This document shows, one piece after another, positions 12,651-24,900 of a stretch of DNA of 64,000 nt. A model generated the notes under the pieces. It had not been told where the DNA came from and made no database searches. It worked only from the letters and a program-made list of their open reading frames with translations. The position numbers were made by a program, and so were the translations under genes. Each line of letters begins with the position of its first letter. Positions within the stretch are counted from its first letter, which is position 1. This DNA comes from Macrostomum hystrix (Eukaryota; Animalia; Platyhelminthes): assembly GCA_950097015.1 (NCBI GenBank), contig CATNEN010000003.1:13826001-13890000 (forward strand), written 5' to 3'.

Positions 12651-14045
12651 TTCTACTTGTGCAAGCTGATAATATGATAGAGCTATTTCTATGGTGAAAC
12701 TCTTGCATTTGAAAGTTTTGAATGATGTTGCAGTTCTATGTCTATGGCCAATTTGTTGTGGACATGGTAGTGCATGCATGGCTGATGAAGACAAATACAA
12801 TAAAAAGTAAACACTGTAAATACAAAAAAAAATAAATAAAAAGGCCTTAGTCAAGTCTTAAAAGCAAAACAACAAGAGATAAATAATGGGACCGAATGTA
12901 ATTATGATAAAATACTGACTCCATTATGACATTTTGAGAGATAGTAGTGTTTAAATTCTTCTGTAAATTAAATGCTTATCTTAAGCTTAAGTAAGTAGGG
13001 CCTAGGTTACTTAAGAGGTTATTGCATCATGCATTTAATTTAAGTTTAGAATTTAAGAACTTGAGAAAAACTATTGTGACACAAAAATACTTGAACTAAT
13101 AAAAAGCAAAAAAAAGTAAAGCAATATGTATTGCCAATTCTTAAACTAAGCAAAAAAATATCTGCTGCGTCTCTGCGTCAACAAAATGTAGCTGATTTCG
13201 AAGAAATCAAATATTTAAAGATTTTTTATAGTTTTTAACACAATATTAGAAATTTAGTTAGTAAAAATATGATATAAGAGCCTAGTTTTACGCATCACAG
13301 CAGAATTTTATTGTAAAATTCTTTATGTTCTTTGTTTTGATAATTTAACTTTATAATATTAATAAAAATTATATTTCAAACATGTTGTCAACTTACTAAC
13401 AATACAAGCTTTATCGCAGCTCTCTGTTGTGTTAGGCCTATCGTAGTTTGTCACATCGAAACGAATTACGTAGTTTTTTAGTTTTTGCGTCTTTCTAAAT
13501 ACTATAGTACATTTGGCACAAGTATCCTTTAGGATATCGATCGTAGTTACCAAATTAAAAGGTAATTGTAACGGAACTGCCTAGTGCCAATTTTGTGTCT
13601 TTGTAATTTGATGATGCGACCAACAACGTATTCGTCTAAAAAACCACGGAACTATTTGTTAGGGTAGACCTAGCTGCGTATGCATCATTAATTTTACAAG
13701 GATAACAATCAAAAGTAGTTTGACTTGTTATTGTACTAGTTATTGGCCTAGCCTAGTTTATTTTCAAGGGTATGGCCCTACTCCTTGGCCTAGACTCGGC
13801 CCAGGGTCAGGTCTAACTGTCTAGCAGTTCAATGCATTTATTTTAACACTAATCGATTGTAGTTTGTTGTTATCATAATCAATAATATGAGATATGGGCT
13901 TATGGAATTAATAGAATATATTTTATAATGCTTTTTCCAACTGCATAGTATAGAATTTGGGTTTTGTGTATAATATGTCCAAATTATAAATGAAATAGAA
14001 TGGCACTTCAATGGAGTCAGAAAGAATTAATATATTGAATTTTGG

Positions 14046-14243
14046 CAGAGCTTATTCCCACAGTCCCATGCCAATAACTTCAATTTTATCTACACGGATC
14101 CGTGCCAATAATTTTCTACTTATCCACACGGCAGCTTGTATGATAGGTCTACAAGCTGCCATGTGGATGAGCAGAAAATTATCAGCATGGATCAGTGTGG
14201 ATAAAATTGGAATTATCGGCATAGGACCATGGTAATAAGCACT
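14046..14243. mobile_element. Palindromic foldback MITE
   Basis: gcttattcccacagtcccatgccaataacttcaattttatc...gcagcttgta / tacaagctgc...gataaaattggaattatcggcataggaccatggtaataagc; more fragments at 15001-15045 and 15170-15340. Confidence 0.75.
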
Positions 14244-14629
14244 TCCTTGAATTTTAGCCTAAATGTAGGCCATTTTTGAGTACCCCAATATTCTTCCATG
14301 GGTTCCAGACTAGGCCTATCTTCCTTGATACTCAGCAGCGGCTGCATGGCAGAAAAAATTTTTCATGGGGGCACCAGCACTTCTAAGACATGGGACCAAT
14401 TCGGCCTAAAGATTTTTCTATTTCTTTTTAAAATCATGTCAGCACAATTTTTCCTTGGATATAGCCATTTTACTACACTATTGCCAGATGTGGTGCCAGA
14501 TTCTTCTTTGCTAATGCCACTCATAACACTGGAATTTCTTGCTTTGCTGGGACCATTTAGCCAATAAAGTATAGATAAAATTAAGTTGATAATAAACTTT
14601 TACAAAAATTAAAGAATGTTAATTATTGT

Positions 14630-14906
14630 CATACGCAACACCCGGCCGACCTGGCCGAACTGGCTGGGTGAAACGAGGGCCAAGCAAGGTAAGTCGCAAA
14701 AACCAATCAACCAAGCGCAAAAAAATCAAAGGGGGGACCAAGGGACAAAAAAGGAAGGCGTGAAGAAAAGGAAAAAGGGGAGAGAAAAAGAGAGCAAATA
14801 AGAGCAAACTAAGTCGTAAATAGAGCAATGAAACAAACTAAGTCGCAAATGAGAGCAAAAACTAAGTCGCAAGGCCGGCTAAGATTTGGGAGGTTGCGCA
14901 TGTATG
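14630..14906. mobile_element. MITE with CATA termini, copy 2
   Basis: Same sequence as 11355-11634 (left TIR has a small deletion); 8-bp TSD attattgt at 14622-14629 and 14907-14914. Confidence 0.85.
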
Positions 14907-15404
14907 ATTATTGTAGTAATGGCTTTTTCAGATAAGAAATAGTAACTAAAAATTCTAAGCAATTGGAACTATTTTGTCCTTATGTAGTTTAGTTTATAGC
15001 AGTGCTTATTCCCATGGTCCTGTGCCGATAATTTTCTGCTTATCAGCATCATACATGCGCATGTTCTGGAAAACATTTATGGCCAGTTGTATATAGTACA
15101 TGAAAATTGCTACACAGTTCCTGTAGAATATGTGCTTTTAGTTCTTTAAGTTATCAGCAAAACAATCTGCAGTGTGGATAGGCAGAGAATTATCAGCATG
15201 GATCCATGTGGATAAAATTGAAATTAACGGCTCGGCATACATAAAGAGTTGTATTCATATTCATACAAGCTGCTGTGTGGATAAGCAGAAAATTATTGGC
15301 CCCAATCTGTGTGGATAAAATTGAAAGTATTGGCACTGGATATTGTTTGCTCTACTTTTTAATAACATTAGCAACTCAATTACTAAAGTTCATCAGTGTG
15401 TGTG

Positions 15405-15650
15405 TGAGCTGTTATAAACCCCAATGTGTGTCAGCTGTTATAAACCCCAATGTGTGTCAGCTGTTATACCCAAATGTGTGTCAGCTGTTATAAACCCTAC
15501 TGTTTATCAGCTGTTATAAACCCAAATGTGTGTCAGCTGTTATAAACCCTACTGTTTATCAGCTGGTATAAACCCTACTGTTTATCAGCTGTTATAAACC
15601 CAACTGTCTGTCAGCAGTTTCAAATACTACTGTTTGTCAGCTGTTACTGA
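15405..15650. repeat. ~25-bp minisatellite
   Basis: Unit cagctgttataaaccc(caa/tac)tgtgtgt. Confidence 0.85.
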
Positions 15651-15824
15651 CTTGTCACTTGATAATATGGCGGCTTATAAAAGTTAAGAGGTATAATAAA
15701 AATATCATAAAATTAATAATAAAATTAAAGTAAACAGCTATTTGTATAGTAAACAGTGTGAATATATTTAACTGTAAATTTAAAAGTAAGTGCATCATAT
15801 ATTAATTTCAAGCTGCTACCTGAA

Positions 15825-17926
15825 ATGTCGTCTAGCAGCGGCAGCAGTTTCTACAATGACAGTCATTCAATAGGCCTACTGCAACTGCCGGATCTGGTTC
15901 TAGACAAGATATTTGGCTATTTAAGCTACGCCACTGTCAGCCAAATGCGTCTGCTGTCGCGTTGCGCCAATCAGTTATGTGAGTATCGATTAAATCGCGG
16001 CTTCTACAAAATGGAACGCTCCCTACAGGACAGTCAACGATTTGTTAAATCTAAACTGCCTAGGCGCGAGTCGGAGCGTAAACTGCATCCATTTAGTAGG
16101 CATAGCGAGATTCTATCGGCTGTGGATACGAGGGTAAGCTACTAGTCAGATGGCATTGTTAATTCCGACTACTTACTAGTTTTTTTAATTCCGCCTTTAA
16201 ATGTTTCCAGTTCCGTATTTCCAAGTGCACCTTTGGTACAGAAATATCAGTTTTTATTTGAAAATTAAAAACCCAGTTAAAGGAAAAATCTTAAATCCTG
16301 GGATTAAGCTAAAAATCTTCTCAGATCCTTATAATGGAGTCGAAATCCACCCAATTCCTCACTTGAAGATAAAAATCTTCCTAAACCCTCAGTTTGGGAA
16401 CAAAATCCTCCCAAATCCTCAGTTCGAGATTAAAATCCTCCCAAATCCTCAGTTTGGGGTCAAAATCATCCAAAATCCTCAGTTTCGGGTCAAAATCATC
16501 CAAAATCCTCAGTTTGGGGTCAAAATCGTCCCAAATCCTCAGTTCGGGATCAAATCCTCCCAAATCCTCAGTTCGGGATCAAAATCCTCACTTTGAAGTC
16601 AAAATCCTCAATTTGACATCCAAATCCTCCCAAATCATCGGTTCCAGATCAAAATCCTTCCATCCTTAGTTTAGGGATCAAAATTCTCCTAAATCCTCAG
16701 TTTGGGATCTAAATCCTTCCAAATCGTCACGTTAGGGTAAAAATCCTCCCAAACTCCAGTTGGAAGTCGAATCCCTAATCCCTGCTCTCAAATCCCTCGG
16801 TTGGGTCCGAAATCCTGAGGTTTCTTTGAAAATCCTTCCAAATCCTCTAGTTGGGGCTGAATACTTAGGTTGGGATAACATTTTTCCCTGATCATTGGAA
16901 GTCAGTACTTATTTTGTGATCAGGAGTACTTAAATTTGTGCTTGAAAAAATATTGATATGCTAAATATCAATATGTGATATCACTAAAGTTGATTATCCG
17001 CATTTACCCGCCAGGTTTCCCTACTGGGCATGACCTATGTAAAGCACATGCAGTTTGGCCGCTGCTGTTTCATTCCCGGTCGAGTCTTGGACGAATTATT
17101 TCGCATTTTGCGCACAGTTCGAGGTACAACTGAGCCTCCTAGGGCGCATGAACTGTTGCGAGAATTGCGCGATCTGTCTAGCATGGCTATGGAACACTTC
17201 GAAGAACAAATTGAACCCCTAGTGAAAATTGATGCTGCTGCTGCAGCCACTGCTGTTGCTGCTGCTGCTGCTGCTGCTGCAGTTAACCAGCAATCCTCTG
17301 CTGCCGCTGCATCATCGTCTTCTTCGGCTAATCTGAGCGATAGGACAATCTATCCACTGCCTAGTGCTTCTAATATGCCATCTACGGCGGCTTGCTCAGC
17401 CTCAGCCTCCTTGTTATCCCTCATGGCTGCTGCTGGAGATCAACGCCAGCTGTCTCGTCTGGCCGCTGCCGCCGCCGCAGCGGCAACCGCCGCAGCGGCA
17501 ACCGCCGCCACCGTCGCAATACCGACAAATCCTAATTTAACAACGACGTCAGAATCTGTGACGGCTGCGTCTGATATTAGCGACGATCGACAATGCGTTC
17601 AACGCCTACTAACGGAATTGATTAGTTTGAAAGCTACGGTAGCTTCTAATAGTGCGGCTATGAAACTGTTGCGCGGTAGCCTAGCTGCTCACGAGCGATC
17701 CAGTAAACTCATTATTGGCCAGTTACAGTCTAGAGTCTTTCAATTGGAGCAGAAATTGGCAAGAGTTGATGGCGAATCATTAATTCAACTAGAAGCGACA
17801 GCAGCAACAGCAGCAGCAGAAACAACCAATGCCAATTGCAGCAGTAGTACATCTAACAGGAAACGCCTGCTACTGAAAGAGCAAGAAAAAAAGGAATGCG
17901 ACGATAAAAGGCGTAGGAAGATGTAA
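15825..17926 (+). CDS. FBXO28: F-box only protein 28 homolog, ~406 aa
   Basis: Exons 15825-16133 and 17015-17926 (GT-AG, phase 0). F-box LLQLPDLVLDKIFGYL; FBXO28 signatures KLPRRESER, ILSAVDTRVSLLGMTY, CCFIPGRVLDE, RAHELLRELRDLSSMAMEHF; poly-Ala tracts, coiled coil, basic C-terminus. Confidence 0.92.
16300..16860. repeat. ~30-bp degenerate minisatellite in the FBXO28 intron
   Basis: Unit ~caaaatcctcccaaatcctcagtttggggt. Confidence 0.85.
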
Positions 17927-18438
17927 AGATTTAGAGTATAAGCAATGTTAAAGACTCGCAAAATGACTGCCGCATAGTGATTATCAAACGCATGAGTACT
18001 TTCACATAAGAAATTAAACATATATCTTGATATTTGTTAGTTTTCAAGTTCCGTTTGTCATTGAAATAACAGCATGCAAATTTAACAACTGTCTGTTTTT
18101 CATTGTTAAATACAAATGTATAAGCAAATTGTATATTGTATATCCTTTTTTCAAACATAATATATTTGGTCATTGTTGTGCTCAGCAGTAGTAGTTTCAA
18201 TTATTGAAAACTGTCATGTTTAATTTACTTATTTACTTATTACTTGTTTACTAGAAATATTGTGTTTTAGTCAGCACAACTAAAATACTACTAGCGTTCG
18301 GTAAAAAACTATTTTTTTAAATTTAATAGTTTTGTAAGACATATAGCAAAAGTGATTCCTTTAAATTTAACAAAGCCTGTTATTATGTTTCTAAATCTAT
18401 TACTATGCTTATCTATTAATTTATCCAACTAATTACAG

Positions 18439-20825
18439 GCTGTCGTAACCAAGAAGGAGCACCTGTACAAGATCCTCGTTATTGGGGATTTGGGAACAGG
18501 CAAGACTTCCATTGTGAAACGTTATGTGCACAACTTTTTCTCGCAAAACTACAAAGCCACTATTGGAGTGGATTTTGCTCTGAAAGTGCTTGACTGGGAC
18601 GAACGAACTAAAGTTAGACTGCAGCTCTGGGACATTGCTGGTAAGTGTCATATCATATTATCATATTATATATTATAAGTCTTATTATCCATCCACCTCA
18701 TCTTCAGATCCTCAGGCCTTATTATCCATCCACCTCATCTTTAGATCCTCAGGCCTTATTATCCATCCACCTCACCTTCAGATCCTCAGGCCTTATTATC
18801 CATCCACCTCACCTTCAGATCCTCAGGTCTTATTATCCATCCACCTCACCTTCAGATCCTCAGGCCTTATTATCCATCCACCTCACCTTCAGATCCTCAG
18901 GTCTTATTATCCATCCACCTCACCTTCAGATCCTCAGGTCTTATTATCCATCCACCTCACCTTCAGATCCTCAGGTCTTATTATCCATCCACCTCACCTT
19001 TAGATCCTCAGGCCTTATTATCCATCCACCTCACCTTCAGATCCTCAGGACTTATTATCCATCCATCTCACCTTCAGATCCTCAGGTCTTATTATCCACC
19101 CACCTCACCTTCAGATCCTCAGGTCTTATTATCCATCCATCTCATCTTCAGATCCTCAGGCCTTATTATCAATCCACCTCATCTTCAGATCCTCAGGCCT
19201 TATTATCCATCCACCTCACCTTCAGATCCTCAGGCCTTATTATCCATCCATCTCACCTTCAGATCCTCAGGCCTTATTATCCATCCACCTCATCTTCAGA
19301 TCCTCAGGCCTTATTATCCATCCACCTCATCTTCAGATCCTCAGGCCTTATTATCAATCCACCTCACCTTCAGATCCTCAGGCCTTATTATCAATCCATC
19401 TCACCTTCAGATCCTCAGGTCTTATTATCCATCCACCTCACCTTCAGATCCTCAGGCCTTATTATCCATCCATCTCACCTTCAGATCCTCAGGCCTTATT
19501 ATCCATCCACCTCATCTTCAGATCCTCAGGTCTTATTATCCATCCACCTCACCTTCAGATCCTCAGGTCTTATTATCCATCCACCTCACCTTCAGATCCT
19601 CAGGCCTTATTATCCATCCACCTCACCTTCAGATCCTCAGGCCTTATTATCCATCCATCTCACCTTCAGATCCTCATGTCTTATTATCCACCCACCTCAC
19701 CTTCAGATCCTCAGGCCTTATTATCCATCCCCCTCACCTTCAGATCCTCAGGCCTTATTATACACCTACTTCATCTTCAGATCCTCAGGTCTTTTTTTAC
19801 ATCCAACTCACCATTTGATCACCTGTCGATTCTTATAAAAATGCATTTTATTGCGGATAATTTCAGGCCAGGAACGCTTTGGTCAGATGACTCGCGTCTA
19901 CTACAAAGAGGCAGTTGGCGCTTTTGTAGTTTTCGATCTGACTCGCAATTCTTCATTCGAAGCTGTGCCAAAATGGAAGAGCGATTTAGATAACAAACTT
20001 GTGCTAGCCGATGGTAGTAATATTCCTTGCGTACTACTGGCCAATAAGGTGAGTAGTAGTACTGACATTTTTTCGGTAGTTTGTATGCTTTAATTTATTT
20101 TGCAGATTTGAAACAGTGTTGTTAATTGTTTTTTTTTCAGTGCGACTGCGTCAAAGACGGCTTAGTTCAAAGCAGTCGAAGCCAGATGGACGAATTTGCC
20201 AGAGATAAAGGCTTTCTAGCCTGGTTTGAAACATCCGCCAAGGATAATATTGGCATAGAAGATGCCGCCAACTCTCTGGTTAGAAAGGTCAGTGGTCTCA
20301 TCACCTGAACAATGAACTTCAACACACTGAACTTCTAGCCCCTAAACTTCCTCCCCTGAATTTCTAGCCCCTAAACTTTCTCCCCTGAGGCCTGAACTTC
20401 TATCGCCTGAACTTCTTCCCTGAACTTCTACCGCCTGAAGTTATTTCCCTGAACTTCTACCCCTAGAATTCTACCCCTAAACTTCTACTTCTGAACTAAT
20501 CTTACTAAACTGTTAGTGCTTCCACTGAACTGTCACCCCTGAACTTCTTATATCCAAATAATTGTTATCTTTGTGATTATTCTAAAAATCTAAAGACCAG
20601 GTCTTTGACTGCCACCTTCAAGTCAACAAAAATACAATACACCCTATTCTAATCTTCATCTTCCAGATTCTGGAGAACAGCGAAAAGATGCTGAACGATC
20701 GCGAAGACGAACTACGCGGCATGCGTCTTGACGATGGACAGGGCGGCGGCGACGCCGCCCGCAATGGCCAATCTGGCGACGCTTCAGGTGCCAACGGAGG
20801 CAGTGGTAAACGATCCTGTTGCTAA
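18439..20825 (+). CDS. RAB32: Rab32/Rab38-family small GTPase (start codon not in this exon)
   Basis: Exons 18439-18640, 19867-20048, 20141-20287, 20667-20825. KEHLYKILVIGDLGTGKTS, YKATIGVDFALK, WDIAGQERFG (Rab32/38-specific I), LLANK, FETSAK, C-terminal CC prenylation motif. Confidence 0.93.
18680..19790. repeat. 37-bp minisatellite filling Rab32 intron 1
   Basis: Unit cttattatccatccacctcaccttcagatcctcagg(c/t), ~30 copies. Confidence 0.95.
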
Positions 20826-21952
20826 GGCAACGGCAATAAGACAGATCAATTATTGCAATGTCAGGAATATTCTATGCTATCTAATGCGGGCTTACTAGGG
20901 TGCTCTGTGTGGTCTTTTTTGAAAACATTTTGCATACATTTTCCTAATATAACTTGCAACTAGGAAGATTGCCTAGAGAATTTCTTATCGTACGAAGTAG
21001 CTTACCGAGTTTTGGGTTAGATATTACTATATAGCTCATTTTTTCAATTTATTCTACTTTCCAATTCGTTCAATTCCTGCTGTCTTCCATTCCATACAAT
21101 TTTTCAAATCTTCATGATTAATCTCTGACATAATTTTCATATCTTTTTTTAATTGAACTGTCTGTTGAGCATAATATTATACTGTATAATGTAGATTGTG
21201 ATTATAATTTGTTTAGTTTTTTTCATTCAAATCGATGCATCTGAATTAGGATACTATTAGTACTAGTAGTATATTGCGGTCTATGGGCACAAATATAATT
21301 TCAAATCATAAAATATCATTTTGATGCGTATACGAGCTAAATTTGTTAAGACGTGATTCTAATTGCATCTCAAGTAACCAGCCTTATTGAGCACATGTTA
21401 TTATTGTTACTTTTTTATTCAGAAATACTATGACTTGCAATTTTTTCTGACAATTTTTTTCTGTTGACATTGTGGCTTGACAATAATAAGGCGCTGATTT
21501 AAATTTGTTATGTTGTTCTAATATAATATTTAATCTTTTATTAGAACAATAAAGAATGGTGCTTCAAAATATTTCATTTCTAATTACATTTTTTAAATTC
21601 ATCTTTTTGTATCCTGTACTGTAAAATGCGAGTCAAATTATTTTGCTTCTGCTTTTTATATTGATTTAGATTTTTATAAATCTGGTGCTGTTGTAGTATT
21701 AAATAAAAAACTTTTATAAATGGTGATGCTTACAGCAACTTTCTGTTATTTTTGTTTGATTCTAGTCTATAGCGAAGATCTATAGCTTTTGCACTGTGAG
21801 TCCCAAGTTAAGCTGTCCATGGACCCTGTTAGTTTTAATGGACAAGTAGATGGCGTATGAAGTTGTTGTTTGTAGCTGTATAGATAATCAAATTTGCATT
21901 TTTTAATTTTCAGCCTCTTTTATCATTGAGTACTAAATAGTCTCATCTAGCA

Positions 21953-24900
21953 ATGATGCCAAGCCAAGGTAGTTATCATCGACAAAATGAGGCGGACATC
22001 ATTGCCGACATCGACGCCATTGTTGCTGTGGGCGCCGCGCCAACCAATCGCAGCGCTTCTATCGTCGCCACTAATCAAACGAATAATTTCTCAGCAATCT
22101 CAGTCAGTATGGACCGAAATGCGGGCAATAGTCCTGATTATCTTCAGAGTAAGCAGCCAACTATCGTAGGTGGCAGCATCGGCGGTCGCGGACGTGACGG
22201 CGATGTTGACAGTCTTCTAGAGGTGGTCAGCGCTCGAACTAATTCTAGAGTTCCTCTACTACTAGGCTGGGCCCAACTAGTCCTGGGATTGATTGGCTGC
22301 GCGATCGGCCTATCAGACGCAGGATATCGATCGGGAAATGGAGGCGCCGACGGTTTAGACTTCAACGATGATGGCAGCGGTGGGATTAGAAATAATGGCA
22401 CGTTAATTGGCGGCCGAGCTGTTGTGATGGTGTTTCACGTGCCTCGAATGGCTAGACCGTTTGATGTCACCGCTGCGTTTGGATTCCCTTTGTGGTGCTC
22501 GGTTTCGGTGAGGTTAATTTGTTATCTGAATTGACTCCAAGGGTAGGATGCTCGGGTAGAAAATCATATAAGAGCTTAACAGTCAAACTCTAATTCTATT
22601 CCAGATGATTATATCTAGCATATTGGCACTGTGGTATTCAAAAACCTCTTTGCAACGCTTGGTGAGTTTACCTGATGTGATGTGATGTTATTTACACATT
22701 TCTACTCATAGTAGGCTGTAACGTAAGTAACTCTGCATCTCTCCACAGCTGTATCTGTATCGTTTGTACTCTCTGTTGAATCTTGGTCTACTCTGTCTGG
22801 GCCTAATTCTGCTGGTTGTGTCCTGGGTGTCGCAATCGCATCCAGGTAGCGGACCTGCTGGTACAGCGAATTGGCCTATACGACTTTTGCAAGCGTTGAA
22901 CGCTGTACTATTAATTGTTAGCTGGCTATTAGTACTGGCTTGTGTATTGTGCGACTTTTGTATCGGCAAAAATCTACTGCAAGTGTTGGGCATCTTTGTC
23001 AGCACGGTGTGTAGAAAATCTCAGCGCGATTCCTTCTCCGAATTGAAGCGTAGCAACAATTCCTTGAATGTAAGTTTTGACTGATTTTATAATTTACTAG
23101 TGTAAATAGTGTTTTGCTTTTGTACGCATTTTAATATGAAAAATGTAACAAAACACGACAGTTTAATCATGCTTTACCCCCAATCTATCTTATCTTTTTG
23201 CCCGTTTATCTTTCTAACCTCTCGTCTATCTTTCTAACCTCTCGTCTATCTTTCTAACCTCTCGTCTATCTTCCTAACCTCTCGTCCATCTTCCTAACCT
23301 CTCGTCTATCTTCCTAACCCCCATTTATCTTCCTAACCTCTCGTCTATCTTCCTAACCCCCATTTATCTTTCTAACCTCTCGTCTATCTTCCTAACCACC
23401 ATTTATCTTCCTAACCTCTCGTCTATCTTTCTAACCTCTCGTCTATCTTTCTAACCTCTCGTCTATCTTCCTAACCCACATTTATCTTCCTAACCTCTCG
23501 TCTATCTTTCTAACCTCTCGTCTATCTTTCTAACCTCTCGTCTATCTTCCTAACCCACATTTATCTTCCTAACCTCTCGTCTATCTTTCTAACCTCTCGT
23601 CTATCTTTCTAACCTCTCGTCTATCTTTCTAACCTCTCGTCTACCTTTCTAACCTCTCGTCTATCTTTCTAACCTCTCGTCTATCTTTTTAACCTCTCGT
23701 CTATCTTTTTAACCTCTCGTCTATCTTTCTAACCTCCCGGTTATCTCTCTATCCTCCCGTCTATCTTTCTAACCTCTCGTCTATCTTTCTAACCTCTCGT
23801 CTACCTTTTTAACTCCCATTTATCTTTCTAACCTCTCGTCTATCTTCCTAACCCACATTTATCTTCCTAACCTCTCGTCTATCTTTTTAACCTCTCGTCT
23901 ACCTTTCTAACCTCTCATCTATCTTTCTAACCTCTCGTCTATATTTTTAACCTCTCGTCTATCTTTTTAACCTCTCATCAATCTTTCTAACCTCCCGGTT
24001 ATCTCTCTATCCTCCCGTCTATCTTTCTTCCCTCTCGTCTATCCTTCTATACCCCGTCTATCTTTCTATACCCCGTCTATCTAAACAGAAATATAAGAAT
24101 ATTTTATTCTCCTTTATCTCAATCTACATATCTTGATACCTTAATTGTTTATTTGTCTATTTGTGCCCTTTGACTACTTTTTTTCTAAGTATCAAAATCT
24201 TCACTATGTTTTTTTAAATATTATAACAAGTAGTATAAAATAGTGATTATAGCCGTATTGATCACACATTTATGTCACTATATTCAAATTGATTTAGTTT
24301 TTGTAGAATGATTATAGTTTCTGAATGTCTGATTCTGGCTATATTCAAATTGATTAATTAACCTTGCTTTGTTGCTTTCTGTTATTAGTGATGTTAATGA
24401 ATTGATTAAATCATGCAGTAATATTCGTTTGTTTAATATTACTAATTAATTACAGGTACAACACAGACCTTCGGCTTCTAACAATAGAAGTTGAATTTGA
24501 AGACTGTTCAAAATAAATACCTAGACAAACTTGTAAATATTTTGCTTATTACCGGGTGTTGTAAAAATTATTTTATTTATTAGAACAATTCCTAACTTTC
24601 GCTTATTTGTGTTGTGTCTAACCACAATCAGTATTGCGAATTGTATTGCATGTCTTCTACCGTGCTTACTAATAATGAATGAAGGTCTAACAATGGTATA
24701 TCAAATAGTTAACGGAAAATCTGGCTTGTGTTTCATTTAGCTATAATTCCACAGTACCTTAAAAACTTATTCGATGCAATATGCAACACTTTTTGCTTAA
24801 CTTCTAACCTTTAATTGCACTTTTCTGTTCCTATCTAACCAGGTTTGTTTAATTAGCTACAAATTATATCAGACCCTCTGGTTGGGATTAATATTTTACG

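Noticed and set aside
13380-13820. Possible bidirectional promoter with non-coding first exons for ZDHHC and FBXO28
   Set aside because: Only suggestive (CpG-richer patch, donor-like sites on both strands); not supportable from sequence alone.
18590-19838. 397-aa and 137-aa repetitive ORFs
   Set aside because: 37-bp minisatellite within Rab32 intron 1, bounded by valid splice sites.
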